This document shows, in pieces, positions 7,986 to 15,838 of a DNA stretch of 32,000 nucleotides. A program made the translations under genes and the position numbers. Position 1 is the first letter of the stretch, and each line of letters opens with the position of its first letter. Source of the DNA: Kiritimatiella glycovorans (GTDB lineage Bacteria; Verrucomicrobiota; Kiritimatiellia; Kiritimatiellales; Kiritimatiellaceae); assembly GCF_001017655.1 (NCBI RefSeq), contig NZ_CP010904.1:2850001-2882000 (forward strand), in the 5' to 3' direction. The notes beneath the pieces were generated by a model. It was not told where the DNA came from and did no database searches. It was given only the letters and a program-made list of their open reading frames with translations.

Positions 7986-8301
7986 ACGGGCGGCCGAGTT
8001 CAGCCCCGAGGCATACGCCCGGCAGGCGTTCGGCATCGTGGGCGGCGAGGAGCCGATCAGGGTCCGGCTGCTGTTCGAGCCGAAACTGGCCGTGTACATC
8101 ACCGAACGGCAGTGGCACCCCACCCAGGAGTTCCGAACGCGCCGGGACGGCCGTGTCGAGATGCGGCTGGAGACGACAGGACGCAAGGAACTGGTACGCT
8201 GGGTCCTGTCCTGGATGCCCGACGTGAAAGTGCTCGCCCCGAAGAGCCTGCGGGCTCGGATCGCGGAAAAGCTTCGGGATGGACTACGAGCACAGCAATG
8301 A
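7986..8301 (+). pseudogene. C-terminal fragment of a WYL-domain transcriptional regulator (YafY-like), 5'-truncated by the IS21-like element
   Basis: The ORF 7951-8301 tail reads ...PIRVRLLFEPKLAVYITERQWHPTQEFRTRRDGRVEMRLETTGRKELVRWVLSWMPDVKVLAPKSLRARIAEKL. This matches the conserved C-terminal pattern of WYL regulators (WHPSQ ... DG ... ElxrWiLsxG ... v.vLeP..Lr). The HTH and WYL N-terminal two-thirds are absent. The 5' boundary is approximate. Confidence 0.6.
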
Positions 8302-8483
8302 AACAATAAGCGGTGGTCCCGATAGCGGAGCCAGTGTTTTCGAACTTTAAGTCAGCATCAGGGCTCCCGCTTCCTGCGAGTGTTCTGCCACAACTCCGGC
8401 GAGTTGTCCATAGTCTGCGACCGTCGAGAATGGGTCATTGAACTCGTCGGAGACGGTCGCATGGCTGTGGGCAACTCGCCTCT

Positions 8484-9389
8484 TCATGCCGCTCTGCATT
8501 TTGACTCCGTCTCCATCCCGAAGTACGCCTCATCGGGCGTTCGATCCCCGATCGATGAGTGCGGACGTTCGGCATTGTAGCGCTCCAGCCACGCCCCCGC
8601 GCCGCGCCCGGTTTCCCGGGGCGTTTCATAGCTTTTCAGGTAAACGTCTTCATATTTCAGACTCCACCACAGCCGCTCGATGAACACATTGTCCACCCAG
8701 CGGCCCGTCCCATCCATGCTGATTTTTAAGCCCTCGTGCTGTTTCATCTCCCTGATCCAATCCGTCGACGTGAACTGCGAGCCTTGATCGGTATTCATGA
8801 TCTCCGGCGCCCGCCCGGCCGTGGCCACCGCCGATCGAAAGGCCCGCAGGCAGAACGCGGTATCCATCGTGGTGCTCAGTTCCCACCCGAGCACTTTCCG
8901 GCTGTACCAGTCCATGACGGCCACCAGGTAGCAATACCCTCGCGGCATCGGGATATAGGTGATATCGGCGCACCAGACCTGATTCGGCCGCGTAACATCC
9001 ACTCCACGCAGCAAATACGGATAGATGCGATGCCCCTTGCCCGGTGCGCTGGTCCGCGGCCGCGGGCGGAGAGCCGAGATATGCGCGAGCCTCATCAGCC
9101 GGCGAAGCCGCTTTCGCCCCACGTTCAGCCCCTGTTCGCGCTTGAGTAATCGGCGCAGCCCCCGCGTCCCGAACGTCGGGAAACGCAGATGAAGTTCGTC
9201 GAGCATCCTCATAATCCGTAAGTCCGTGATCGTCGCCCTGGGCTCCGGCGGCGTCAACCGGTTCCGGTTGACGCCCAGCAGAGCACATTGGCGCCGCAGC
9301 GAGAGTTGAGCATCAGAAGGATCCACCAGAGCCTTCCTCACGGATCGATCCCCAACTCGACGCATTTTTTTCCATCCACTCCTTCTCAA
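8484..9389 (-). CDS. IS3-family transposase OrfB (DDE integrase core)
   Basis: The DDE residues are in the expected contexts: WCADITYIP, MNTDQGSQFTS and VFIERLWWSLKYE. The ORF overlaps orfA by 77 nt around an A7 run (9365-9371). Confidence 0.85.
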   Translation of the reverse strand: MRRSGWKKMRRVGDRSVRKALVDPSDAQLSLRRQCALLGVNRNRLTPPEPRATITDLRIMRMLDELHLRFPTFGTRGLRRLLKREQGLNVGRKRLRRLMRLAHISALRPRPRTSAPGKGHRIYPYLLRGVDVTRPNQVWCADITYIPMPRGYCYLVAVMDWYSRKVLGWELSTTMDTAFCLRAFRSAVATAGRAPEIMNTDQGSQFTSTDWIREMKQHEGLKISMDGTGRWVDNVFIERLWWSLKYEDVYLKSYETPRETGRGAGAWLERYNAERPHSSIGDRTPDEAYFGMETESKCRAA

Positions 9390-9642
9390 TCACCAGCTGA
9401 CCTACTTTTCGCTCCAGCCGCTCGCAGTTCTTTTCCAGCCCGCGCTTTTCTAGGTCCGGCGCGTTCTTGCGCTCAAAGAGATCGGCTGCGCCCTCTGTGA
9501 GCTCCGTCTTCCATCGAGTCACCATGGTCGGATGCACGTTGTTTTCCGCCGCGATCTCCGCCACGGTCTTGATGCCGCGCAACGCCTCCATCGCGATACG
9601 CGCCTTGAACTGCGCGCTGTGATTTCGTCTCGGCTTCTTCAT
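9313..9642 (-). CDS. IS3-family transposase OrfA (HTH)
   Basis: MKKPRRNHSAQFKARIAMEALRGIKTVAEIAAENNVHPTMVTRWKTEL is the typical IS3/IS911 OrfA helix-turn-helix. A leucine-zipper-like region follows. Confidence 0.85.
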   Translation of the reverse strand: MKKPRRNHSAQFKARIAMEALRGIKTVAEIAAENNVHPTMVTRWKTELTEGAADLFERKNAPDLEKRGLEKNCERLERKVGQLVIEKEWMEKNASSWGSIREEGSGGSF

Positions 9643-9776
9643 CGGTTCTCCTTTCGGTCTCCTTTTTACCGGGAGAACCCGATGCTGTCTATCCGCCCCT
9701 CACTGGCTCCGTTTTCCGGGACCACCGCTGATATCCTGCGGACCATTCCAGCCGCTGAGATTCCAGCAGTTCCTTA

Positions 9777-9875
9777 AAAACAGGTCACGGACGGGCTACA
9801 GCAGCCCGTCCTGACGCGCGGGGGGGCTTGAGTCCGAACCGTCGCCCGGTGTGTTCGGTGGTGACGCGGCCCCGG
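9777..9875 (-). pseudogene. Diverged relic of the ruvB 3' end (last ~26 codons plus 19 nt of downstream sequence)
   Basis: 9777-9875 aligns with 19926-20023 in the same orientation at roughly 80-85% identity with a 1-nt indel. The translation GRVTTEHTGRRFGLKPP compares with Ruv[18 protein letters not shown]. The shared downstream string is aaaacaggtcacg. Confidence 0.7.
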
Positions 9876-9889
9876 CTCTTCCACGCTTC

Positions 9890-10038
9890 ATTGCACCTTC
9901 TTCTTCCGTTTGATCCCGGCGGGCTGGCATGTCGCAATATGATAATATTTAATACCATAAGTCGTATGGAGTGCTCTCGGATGATGTGGTTATAGTGAGA
10001 TGAGTTATGAATAAATTCGATCAGAAGAAGGAGCCCTG
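9890..10038 (+). promoter_or_regulatory. AT-rich intergenic region; probable promoter and RBS of the uronate locus
   Basis: This is one of the few extended AT-rich stretches in the window (atgtcgcaatatgataatatttaataccataag...). The aaggag RBS sits 5 nt before the kduI ATG. No specific operator was identified. Confidence 0.3.
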
Positions 10039-10866
10039 ATGAAGGTACGCTATACGGTAGGTAAAGGTGAGTACAGGCGGATGACCTCGGCGGAACTGCG
10101 TGAGGCGTTCCTGGTCGATCTGTTTGAGGATGGCGCACTGAACCTCCTCTACTGCGAAGTGGAACGCGCCATCATCGGCGCCGCGGTCCCCACGGACACC
10201 CCGCTTGCGCTGGAAGCGGACCGGGAATTGGCCGCAGATTTCTTCTGCGAACGGCGCGAGGCGGGTGTACTCAACATCGGCGGCCATGGAATCGTGAGTG
10301 TGGACGGCACGGATTATGTCGTGGAGCACCTCGACGTTCTTTACATAGGCCGCGGCTCAAAAGAGGTATGGTTCGCCAGCGAAGATGCCGGTCAGCCGGC
10401 GCGGTTCCACCTGGTGAGCTACCCGGCCCACACGGCGTATCCGACCGCCCTGGCCCGGAATGCCGATGCGAACAAGATTGAGCTGGGAACGGCGGAGGAC
10501 TCGAACAGACGCACGATCAACCAGTACATCCACGAGAACGGCATCCGGAGCTGCCAGCTCACGATGGGCTTTACCGTCCTCGAGCCGGGCAGCGTCTGGA
10601 ATACGATGCCCTGCCACACGCACGAGCGCCGCACGGAGATCTACATGTACTTCGGGCTGGACGAAGAATCCACGGTATTTCATTTCATGGGCCCCGGCGA
10701 CGAAACACGCCACATGGCGGTTTCGAACGAACAGGCGGTCCTCTCACCCATGTGGTCGATCCACTCCGGCTGCGGAACCCGGGCTTATGCCTTCTGCTGG
10801 GCCATGGGCGGCGAAAACCAGCGATTCGATGATATGGACTCCATCGCGATCGAGGAATTGAGATAG
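10039..10866 (+). CDS. kduI: 5-dehydro-4-deoxy-D-glucuronate isomerase (4-deoxy-L-threo-5-hexosulose-uronate ketol-isomerase)
   Basis: The 275-aa ORF aligns end-to-end with my recollection of E. coli KduI: NRRTINQYI, WNTMPCHTHERRTEIYMYF, ETRH..V.NEQAV.SP.WSIHSG.GT.AY.F.W.M.GENQ.FDDMD. Confidence 0.95.
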   Translation: MKVRYTVGKGEYRRMTSAELREAFLVDLFEDGALNLLYCEVERAIIGAAVPTDTPLALEADRELAADFFCERREAGVLNIGGHGIVSVDGTDYVVEHLDVLYIGRGSKEVWFASEDAGQPARFHLVSYPAHTAYPTALARNADANKIELGTAEDSNRRTINQYIHENGIRSCQLTMGFTVLEPGSVWNTMPCHTHERRTEIYMYFGLDEESTVFHFMGPGDETRHMAVSNEQAVLSPMWSIHSGCGTRAYAFCWAMGGENQRFDDMDSIAIEELR

Positions 10867-10950
10867 GCAGGCCGCGTCCCCGTTCCCGTCGACCCATGGT
10901 CGACCGGCAAACGACGAAGGGGAGCATTCAGAAACAAGAGAGATGAGCGT

Positions 10951-11751
10951 GTGATAGAGCAATTATTTGATCTTAATGGCAGGGTTGCACTGGTAACGGG
11001 CGGAACGCATGGCATCGGCATGGCGATCGGGACGGCGCTGGGAAAGGCGGGCGCGAAGATCTGCGTCAATGATCTCGACGAAGCGAAACTGGATTCAGCC
11101 GGGAAACAATATGCCGTCAACGGCATCGATGCCTATACGCTCGTCTTCGATGTAACCGATGAGGCGGATGTGGATGCCGGGCTGTCGCGCATCGAAAAGG
11201 AAGTCGGCCCCGTCGATATTCTGGTCAATAACGCGGGCATCATTAAGCGCATTCCGATTCTCGATATGCCGGTTGCGGAATACAGACAGGTGATCGATGT
11301 CGACCTGGTGGCGCCCTTTATAGTGAGCAGGCGAGCAGTACCGGGCATGATCGAAAAGGGCGGCGGCAAGATCATCAACATGTGCTCAATGATGAGTGTA
11401 TATGGCCGCAATTCGGTATCCGCCTACGCATCCGCCAAGGGCGGGCTCAAGCTGCTGACCGCCAATATGTGCTGTGAATGGGCCCGGCACAACATCCAGG
11501 TCAACGGCCTCGGTCCGGGCTACATCGCTACGGCGCAGACCGCGCCCATTCGCGAAGGCGGCCACCCGTTCAACGACCTCGTCATGACGCGCACTCCGGC
11601 GGGACGCTGGGGCGAGCCTGAAGATGTGGGGAATGCCGCCCTCTTCCTGGCCTCCGGGGCCAGCAATTTTGTCAACGGCCACGTGCTCTACGTCGACGGC
11701 GGCATCCTTGCCAACTTCGGTTACGTGAAGGGCGAAAACGACCCGGTCTAG
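10951..11751 (+). CDS. kduD: SDR-family 2-dehydro-3-deoxy-D-gluconate 5-dehydrogenase / gluconate 5-dehydrogenase-like oxidoreductase
   Basis: GTG start. Motifs are LFDLNGRVALVTGGTHGIG (Rossmann TGxxxGxG), NNAG, S...YASAKGG (catalytic Y-x-x-x-K) and NGLGPGYIAT..T...R......TPAGRWGEPEDV..AALFLAS.AS.FVNGH.LYVDGG. It lies immediately downstream of kduI. Confidence 0.8.
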   Translation: MIEQLFDLNGRVALVTGGTHGIGMAIGTALGKAGAKICVNDLDEAKLDSAGKQYAVNGIDAYTLVFDVTDEADVDAGLSRIEKEVGPVDILVNNAGIIKRIPILDMPVAEYRQVIDVDLVAPFIVSRRAVPGMIEKGGGKIINMCSMMSVYGRNSVSAYASAKGGLKLLTANMCCEWARHNIQVNGLGPGYIATAQTAPIREGGHPFNDLVMTRTPAGRWGEPEDVGNAALFLASGASNFVNGHVLYVDGGILANFGYVKGENDPV

Positions 11752-11775
11752 CTCCGGCGAGGGAAGACGAAAGCC

Positions 11776-12927
11776 ATGGGAAGGAAGCCCCGCATACTGA
11801 TTGTCATCGAATCCGCGCGAGAATCGGGACGGGCTCTGCTGGCCGGAATTTCGGACTACTCCCGCCATTTCGGACACTGGGAGATTCACTGGCATCCGGT
11901 AGGGTTCCTGGGGCTCAAGGCCCTTTCCGATGTCGGAGACTTCGATGGCATCCTCGCCCGGAACATCGCGGATGCGGAAACCTTTGAGCAGCACGGAGTC
12001 CCGGTCATCATCTTCGCACACCTGGGCCCGTTCCGGAAGGGGCAGGTCTTTGAGTGCGCCGATGACGCGGCCATCTGCGAACGGGTGGCGCGCCATTTCA
12101 TTCAGCGCGGGTTCTCGAATTTCGCGTTTTTCGGGCAGCGCAGCACGATGTGGGCGGCCAATCGCCGGAAGGCGTTCCGGCGCGAGGTAGAACGTTCCGG
12201 TTTCACGCTCGACACCTGTATGGCCGACTGCGTGACGCTGGAGGAGATGGAAGACGAGGAGACCATCGAGCGCGTCTGCAACTGGCTCCGAACGCTGCCG
12301 AAACCGGTCGGGTTGATGGCGGCCAACGACGATGCGGGCCGCTGGCTGGTCCAGCTCTGCGATCTGGCGGGAGTTCATGTGCCTGACGACTGCGCCGTGG
12401 TCGGTGTCGACAACGATCCCGTGGTGTGCGGTCTGAGCAACCCGCCCCTTTCAAGCGTCTCTCTCCACCAGCACGAAGCGGGCTACGAAGCGGCGGCAGT
12501 GCTGGACCGCATGATGCGGGGGGAAGCCCCCGGCGTTACACAGATCGTCGGGCGGGTGAACGAGATGGTGGTGCGCCAGTCTTCGGACATCTTCGCCATA
12601 GACGATCCGGCGGTCGTCAAGGCGCTCAAATTCATGCAGGACCATGCACACCGACCGCTCCGGGTAGCCGACATTGCCGAGGCCGGCGGCCTGTACCGGC
12701 GCGGACTGGAACGGCGTTTTAAGAAGTATACGAACCAGACGATGGGCAGGTACCACCGCCGGCTCCGCGGAGAGCATATTGCGAAACTGCTCCGTCAGTC
12801 ACATTGGACGCTTGAGCAGCTTGCCGAGGAGTGCGGCTTCGCCAGCGCACCGCTTCTCAGTCGTTTCTTCTCAAGCGTAATGGGGGAAGGCCCGTCAGCC
12901 TATCGCAAACGCATCCGATCACGATGA
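11776..12927 (+). CDS. XylR-like transcriptional regulator (periplasmic-binding-protein/LacI-type sugar-sensing domain fused to a C-terminal AraC-type HTH)
   Basis: The N-terminal RILIVIESARESGRALLAGISDYSR...W is typical of XylR-type regulators. A C-terminal AraC HTH follows (LRVADIAEAGGLYRRGLERRFKKYTNQTMGRYHRRLRGEHIAKLLRQSHWTLEQLAEECGFASAPLLSRFF). Confidence 0.8.
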   Translation: MGRKPRILIVIESARESGRALLAGISDYSRHFGHWEIHWHPVGFLGLKALSDVGDFDGILARNIADAETFEQHGVPVIIFAHLGPFRKGQVFECADDAAICERVARHFIQRGFSNFAFFGQRSTMWAANRRKAFRREVERSGFTLDTCMADCVTLEEMEDEETIERVCNWLRTLPKPVGLMAANDDAGRWLVQLCDLAGVHVPDDCAVVGVDNDPVVCGLSNPPLSSVSLHQHEAGYEAAAVLDRMMRGEAPGVTQIVGRVNEMVVRQSSDIFAIDDPAVVKALKFMQDHAHRPLRVADIAEAGGLYRRGLERRFKKYTNQTMGRYHRRLRGEHIAKLLRQSHWTLEQLAEECGFASAPLLSRFFSSVMGEGPSAYRKRIRSR

Positions 12928-12941
12928 ACAAGGAAGGCGCT

Positions 12942-13964
12942 ATGAATAAATCGGCATCCCTGTTTACCGGAGGCTTCCTCCTCGGCGCCCTGCTCGCGTC
13001 GGTGATGTTCTCCTTCGTGTTGCGCGGGAAACTCTCGGGCGGTGGAGCGCAGGGCCGGACGCAGACGGTCCTGAAACTGGCTCACTGCCTCAGCACCGAA
13101 CACCCGGTGCATCAAGCGATGGAATACATGAAGACTCATCTGGAAGAGATCTCCGACGGCCGCATGACCGTCGATATTTATCCCGGCTCCGTGCTCGGCT
13201 CCGAAACGCAATGCATTGAGATGCTGCAGAACGGATCGCTCGCCATGACCAAAACCTCCGCCGCGGCCATGGAAAACTTCATTCCGGCGATGGCGGTCTT
13301 CGGCCTGCCCTATATCTTCCGCGACGCGGATCACTACTGGAAGGTGTTAAACGGCGACATCGGCAGAGCCCTGCTCAGGAAAGGCGAGACCCGATTCCTC
13401 TACGGACTCTGCTATTACGACGCCGGCAGCCGCAACTTCTACAGCCGGGGGAGTCCGATTCGTACGCCCGAGGATCTGGAAGGGCTCAAGATCCGTGTCA
13501 TGAACAGCGAAACCGCGATCGATATGGTCAAAGCCCTGGGCGGGGCGCCCACCCCCATTGCCTGGGGCGAGCTTTATTCCGCGCTGGCGCAGGGCACGGT
13601 CGACGGCGCCGAGAATAATCCGCCCAGCTTCATTTCGAACAGGCACTACGAGGTCTGCAAACACTTCTCGCTAAATGGACACACCCGCATCCCGGACATT
13701 CTCATGATGAGCACCCGGGCCCGGGACAAACTTACCCCTCAGCAGCGGGAATGGGTGCAGCAGGCCGCCGATGCGTCCTCCGAATTTCAGCGCGCGCTAT
13801 GGAAGAAGGAGACCGTTGCCGCCCTGAAAAAGGCCCGGGAGGAGGGGGTGAACATCTATACGGTAGATACGGCCGTCTTTGCCGCCAGGGTCCAGCCCAT
13901 GCTCCGACAGGTTGAAAATCCGGAAGTGCGCGAACTGCTCGACCGGATTCCGGAGGTGCATTAA
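12942..13964 (+). CDS. dctP: TRAP transporter substrate-binding protein (DctP family)
   Basis: DctP-family pattern: KLAH.....HP...A...M...L.E.S.GR..V.IYP...LG.E......Q.G.L ... RVM.S......V.ALGG.PTPI.WGELYSALAQGTVDGAENNP. The start was chosen at ATG 12942 (aaggaagg RBS 5 nt upstream) rather than the track start 12831. ATG 12924, which overlaps the regulator stop, is an alternative. Confidence 0.85.
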   Translation: MNKSASLFTGGFLLGALLASVMFSFVLRGKLSGGGAQGRTQTVLKLAHCLSTEHPVHQAMEYMKTHLEEISDGRMTVDIYPGSVLGSETQCIEMLQNGSLAMTKTSAAAMENFIPAMAVFGLPYIFRDADHYWKVLNGDIGRALLRKGETRFLYGLCYYDAGSRNFYSRGSPIRTPEDLEGLKIRVMNSETAIDMVKALGGAPTPIAWGELYSALAQGTVDGAENNPPSFISNRHYEVCKHFSLNGHTRIPDILMMSTRARDKLTPQQREWVQQAADASSEFQRALWKKETVAALKKAREEGVNIYTVDTAVFAARVQPMLRQVENPEVRELLDRIPEVH

Positions 13965-14482
13965 TGCGGACGACGCTTATAACTCTGAAAAGAACCATGA
14001 CGGCCGCACTTAACGCCGTGCTCATTGTCGCCGTCGGTTTGCTGGTGCTGGATGTAGTCTGGGGGGTCTTCACGCGCTACATCATGGGCGAACAGGCCAA
14101 GTGGACCGAAGAACTGGCGCGTTTCCTTCTCGTATGGGTCGCCCTGCTGGGGAGCGCGGTCGCTTTCGGCACAAAGGCGCACCTGGGGGTCGACTTCTTC
14201 ATCCATAAACTCCATCCCGATATGCACAAAGTGATGGGCGTGGCGGCGCATCTGATAACCCTCTTTTTCGCCGGCGCCATTTTTCTGTACGGCGGGAGTC
14301 GTTTTGTCATCGATGCCCTGAACATGGAACAGATGACCCCCGCCCTCGGCTGGAAGATGGGCTACGTCTACCTGGCCCTGCCCATCGCCGGCGTGTTCAT
14401 GGTGCTCTACACCCTCGAAAACCTGGCGGAAACCCTTGCCGCCCGACCGCATGACGCGAACGCCCCGGAGGAGGTGGCCTGA
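13964..14482 (+). CDS. dctQ: TRAP transporter small permease (DctQ family)
   Basis: 172 aa with four predicted hydrophobic segments. The start overlaps the dctP stop (TAATG) and the stop overlaps the dctM start (TGATG), indicating translational coupling within a TRAP operon. Confidence 0.8.
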   Translation: MRTTLITLKRTMTAALNAVLIVAVGLLVLDVVWGVFTRYIMGEQAKWTEELARFLLVWVALLGSAVAFGTKAHLGVDFFIHKLHPDMHKVMGVAAHLITLFFAGAIFLYGGSRFVIDALNMEQMTPALGWKMGYVYLALPIAGVFMVLYTLENLAETLAARPHDANAPEEVA

Positions 14483-15837
14483 TGGGCATGGTCGCACTTG
14501 TGCTCGTCACCGTTTTTCTGCTCCTGCTCGTCATGCACGTGCCGATCGCGGTTTCGATCGCGCTGGCCTCGTTCTTTGCGATTGTCGCCGCGGGCATGGA
14601 TCCCACCCTTGTGCTGGCCGGCAGGATGGCCAACGGGATCAACAGCTTTGCGCTGCTGGCCATCCCCTTTTTCATTCTCTCCGGCCATCTGATGGGCCGC
14701 GGCGGAATGGCGCGACGATTGATCGATTTCGCCGGGGCGCTGGTCGGGTTTCTGCCCGGCGGCCTGGCGTATGTCAACACGCTCACCTGTATGCTTTTCG
14801 GCTCGATCTCGGGGTCGGCCGCCGCGGCGGTCTCCTCGGTCGGCGGATTCATGATCCCGGAGATGAACCGCAAGGGCTACAGCCGCGAGTTCAACGTCTC
14901 GGTCACCACCACTGCCGCAACCACCGGGCTGCTTATCCCCCCCAGCAATGTCATGATCGTCTATTCGGTCGCCGCCGGGTCCGTCTCCATTGCTGCGATG
15001 TTCATGGCCGGCGTGCTGCCCGGCATTCTGACGGGACTCTTCATCATGCTGGTATGCGGCGGCTTCGCCTTCCAAAAGAAGTACCGCCGCGAGCCGCGAG
15101 CCTCGTTGCGGGAGATTCTGGTGAGCTTCAAGCGAGCCTTCCTGAGCCTTTTTCTGATCGTGATCGTGATCGGCGGCATTCTCGGCGGCATCTTCACCGC
15201 CACCGAGGCCGCTGCCATTGCCGTGGTCTACGCCCTGCTCCTCTCCGTAGGCCTCTACCGCGAGATCCCCCTGAAAGAGCTGCCCGCTCTGCTGAGCAGG
15301 ACCGGCGTAACCACCGCCGTGGTGATGCTCCTTATCGGCGCCAGCTCGGGGATGAGCTGGATCATGACCATGGCCAATATCCCGCAAACCGTCAGCGCCG
15401 CCCTGCTGGGGCTCTCCGACAACCCCGTGGTGATTTTGCTGACTATCAACCTTCTGCTGCTCTTTGTCGGCACGTTTATGGATATGACGCCGGCCATCCT
15501 GATCTTCACCCCGATATTCCTGCCGGTCGTCACCGCGCTCGGCATGCACCCGGTCCACTTCGGGATCGTCCTGATCGCCAACCTCTGCATCGGCCTCTGT
15601 ACCCCCCCGGTCGGCACCTGCCTCTTTATCGGCTGCGGAGTCGGACAAACCACGATCGCCAGGGTGACCCGTACCATCCTTCCCTTCTTTGCGGCCATGA
15701 TCGTCGCCCTGATGGTAATCACCTACCTGCCGATCGTATCGCTATGGCTCCCGGTGAAAACCCACCAGCTTAAACAGGCCGAGGTGGAGAAAGCCGCATT
15801 TATGCAGACGAAAGCCACAACAACAGAGGAGCAATGA
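14482..15837 (+). CDS. dctM: TRAP transporter large permease (DctM family)
   Basis: 451-aa polytopic membrane protein. It has DctM-like motifs (LLAIPFFILSG.LM..GG...RLI.FA.ALVG...GGLA.VN.....FG.ISGS..A). Confidence 0.9.
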   Translation: MGMVALVLVTVFLLLLVMHVPIAVSIALASFFAIVAAGMDPTLVLAGRMANGINSFALLAIPFFILSGHLMGRGGMARRLIDFAGALVGFLPGGLAYVNTLTCMLFGSISGSAAAAVSSVGGFMIPEMNRKGYSREFNVSVTTTAATTGLLIPPSNVMIVYSVAAGSVSIAAMFMAGVLPGILTGLFIMLVCGGFAFQKKYRREPRASLREILVSFKRAFLSLFLIVIVIGGILGGIFTATEAAAIAVVYALLLSVGLYREIPLKELPALLSRTGVTTAVVMLLIGASSGMSWIMTMANIPQTVSAALLGLSDNPVVILLTINLLLLFVGTFMDMTPAILIFTPIFLPVVTALGMHPVHFGIVLIANLCIGLCTPPVGTCLFIGCGVGQTTIARVTRTILPFFAAMIVALMVITYLPIVSLWLPVKTHQLKQAEVEKAAFMQTKATTTEEQ

Positions 15838-15838
15838 G

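Larger units (their letters stand above)
8309..9730 (-). mobile_element. IS3-family insertion sequence, apparently complete, ~1.42 kb
   Basis: The left terminal inverted repeat is agcggtggtcccgatagcggagccagtg (8309-8336). The right one, at 9701-9729, has the reverse complement agcggtggtcccggaaaacggagccagtg. ATA occurs immediately outside both ends (8306-8308 and 9731-9733), a possible 3-bp target duplication. The element contains orfA and orfB. Confidence 0.85.

Noticed and set aside
9785-10138. 117-aa minus-strand ORF between IS3 and kduI
   Set aside because: Its C-terminal part is the frameshifted relic of the ruvB 3' end. The rest reads through the AT-rich kduI promoter region and the antisense of the kduI start. 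It has no independent coding signal.
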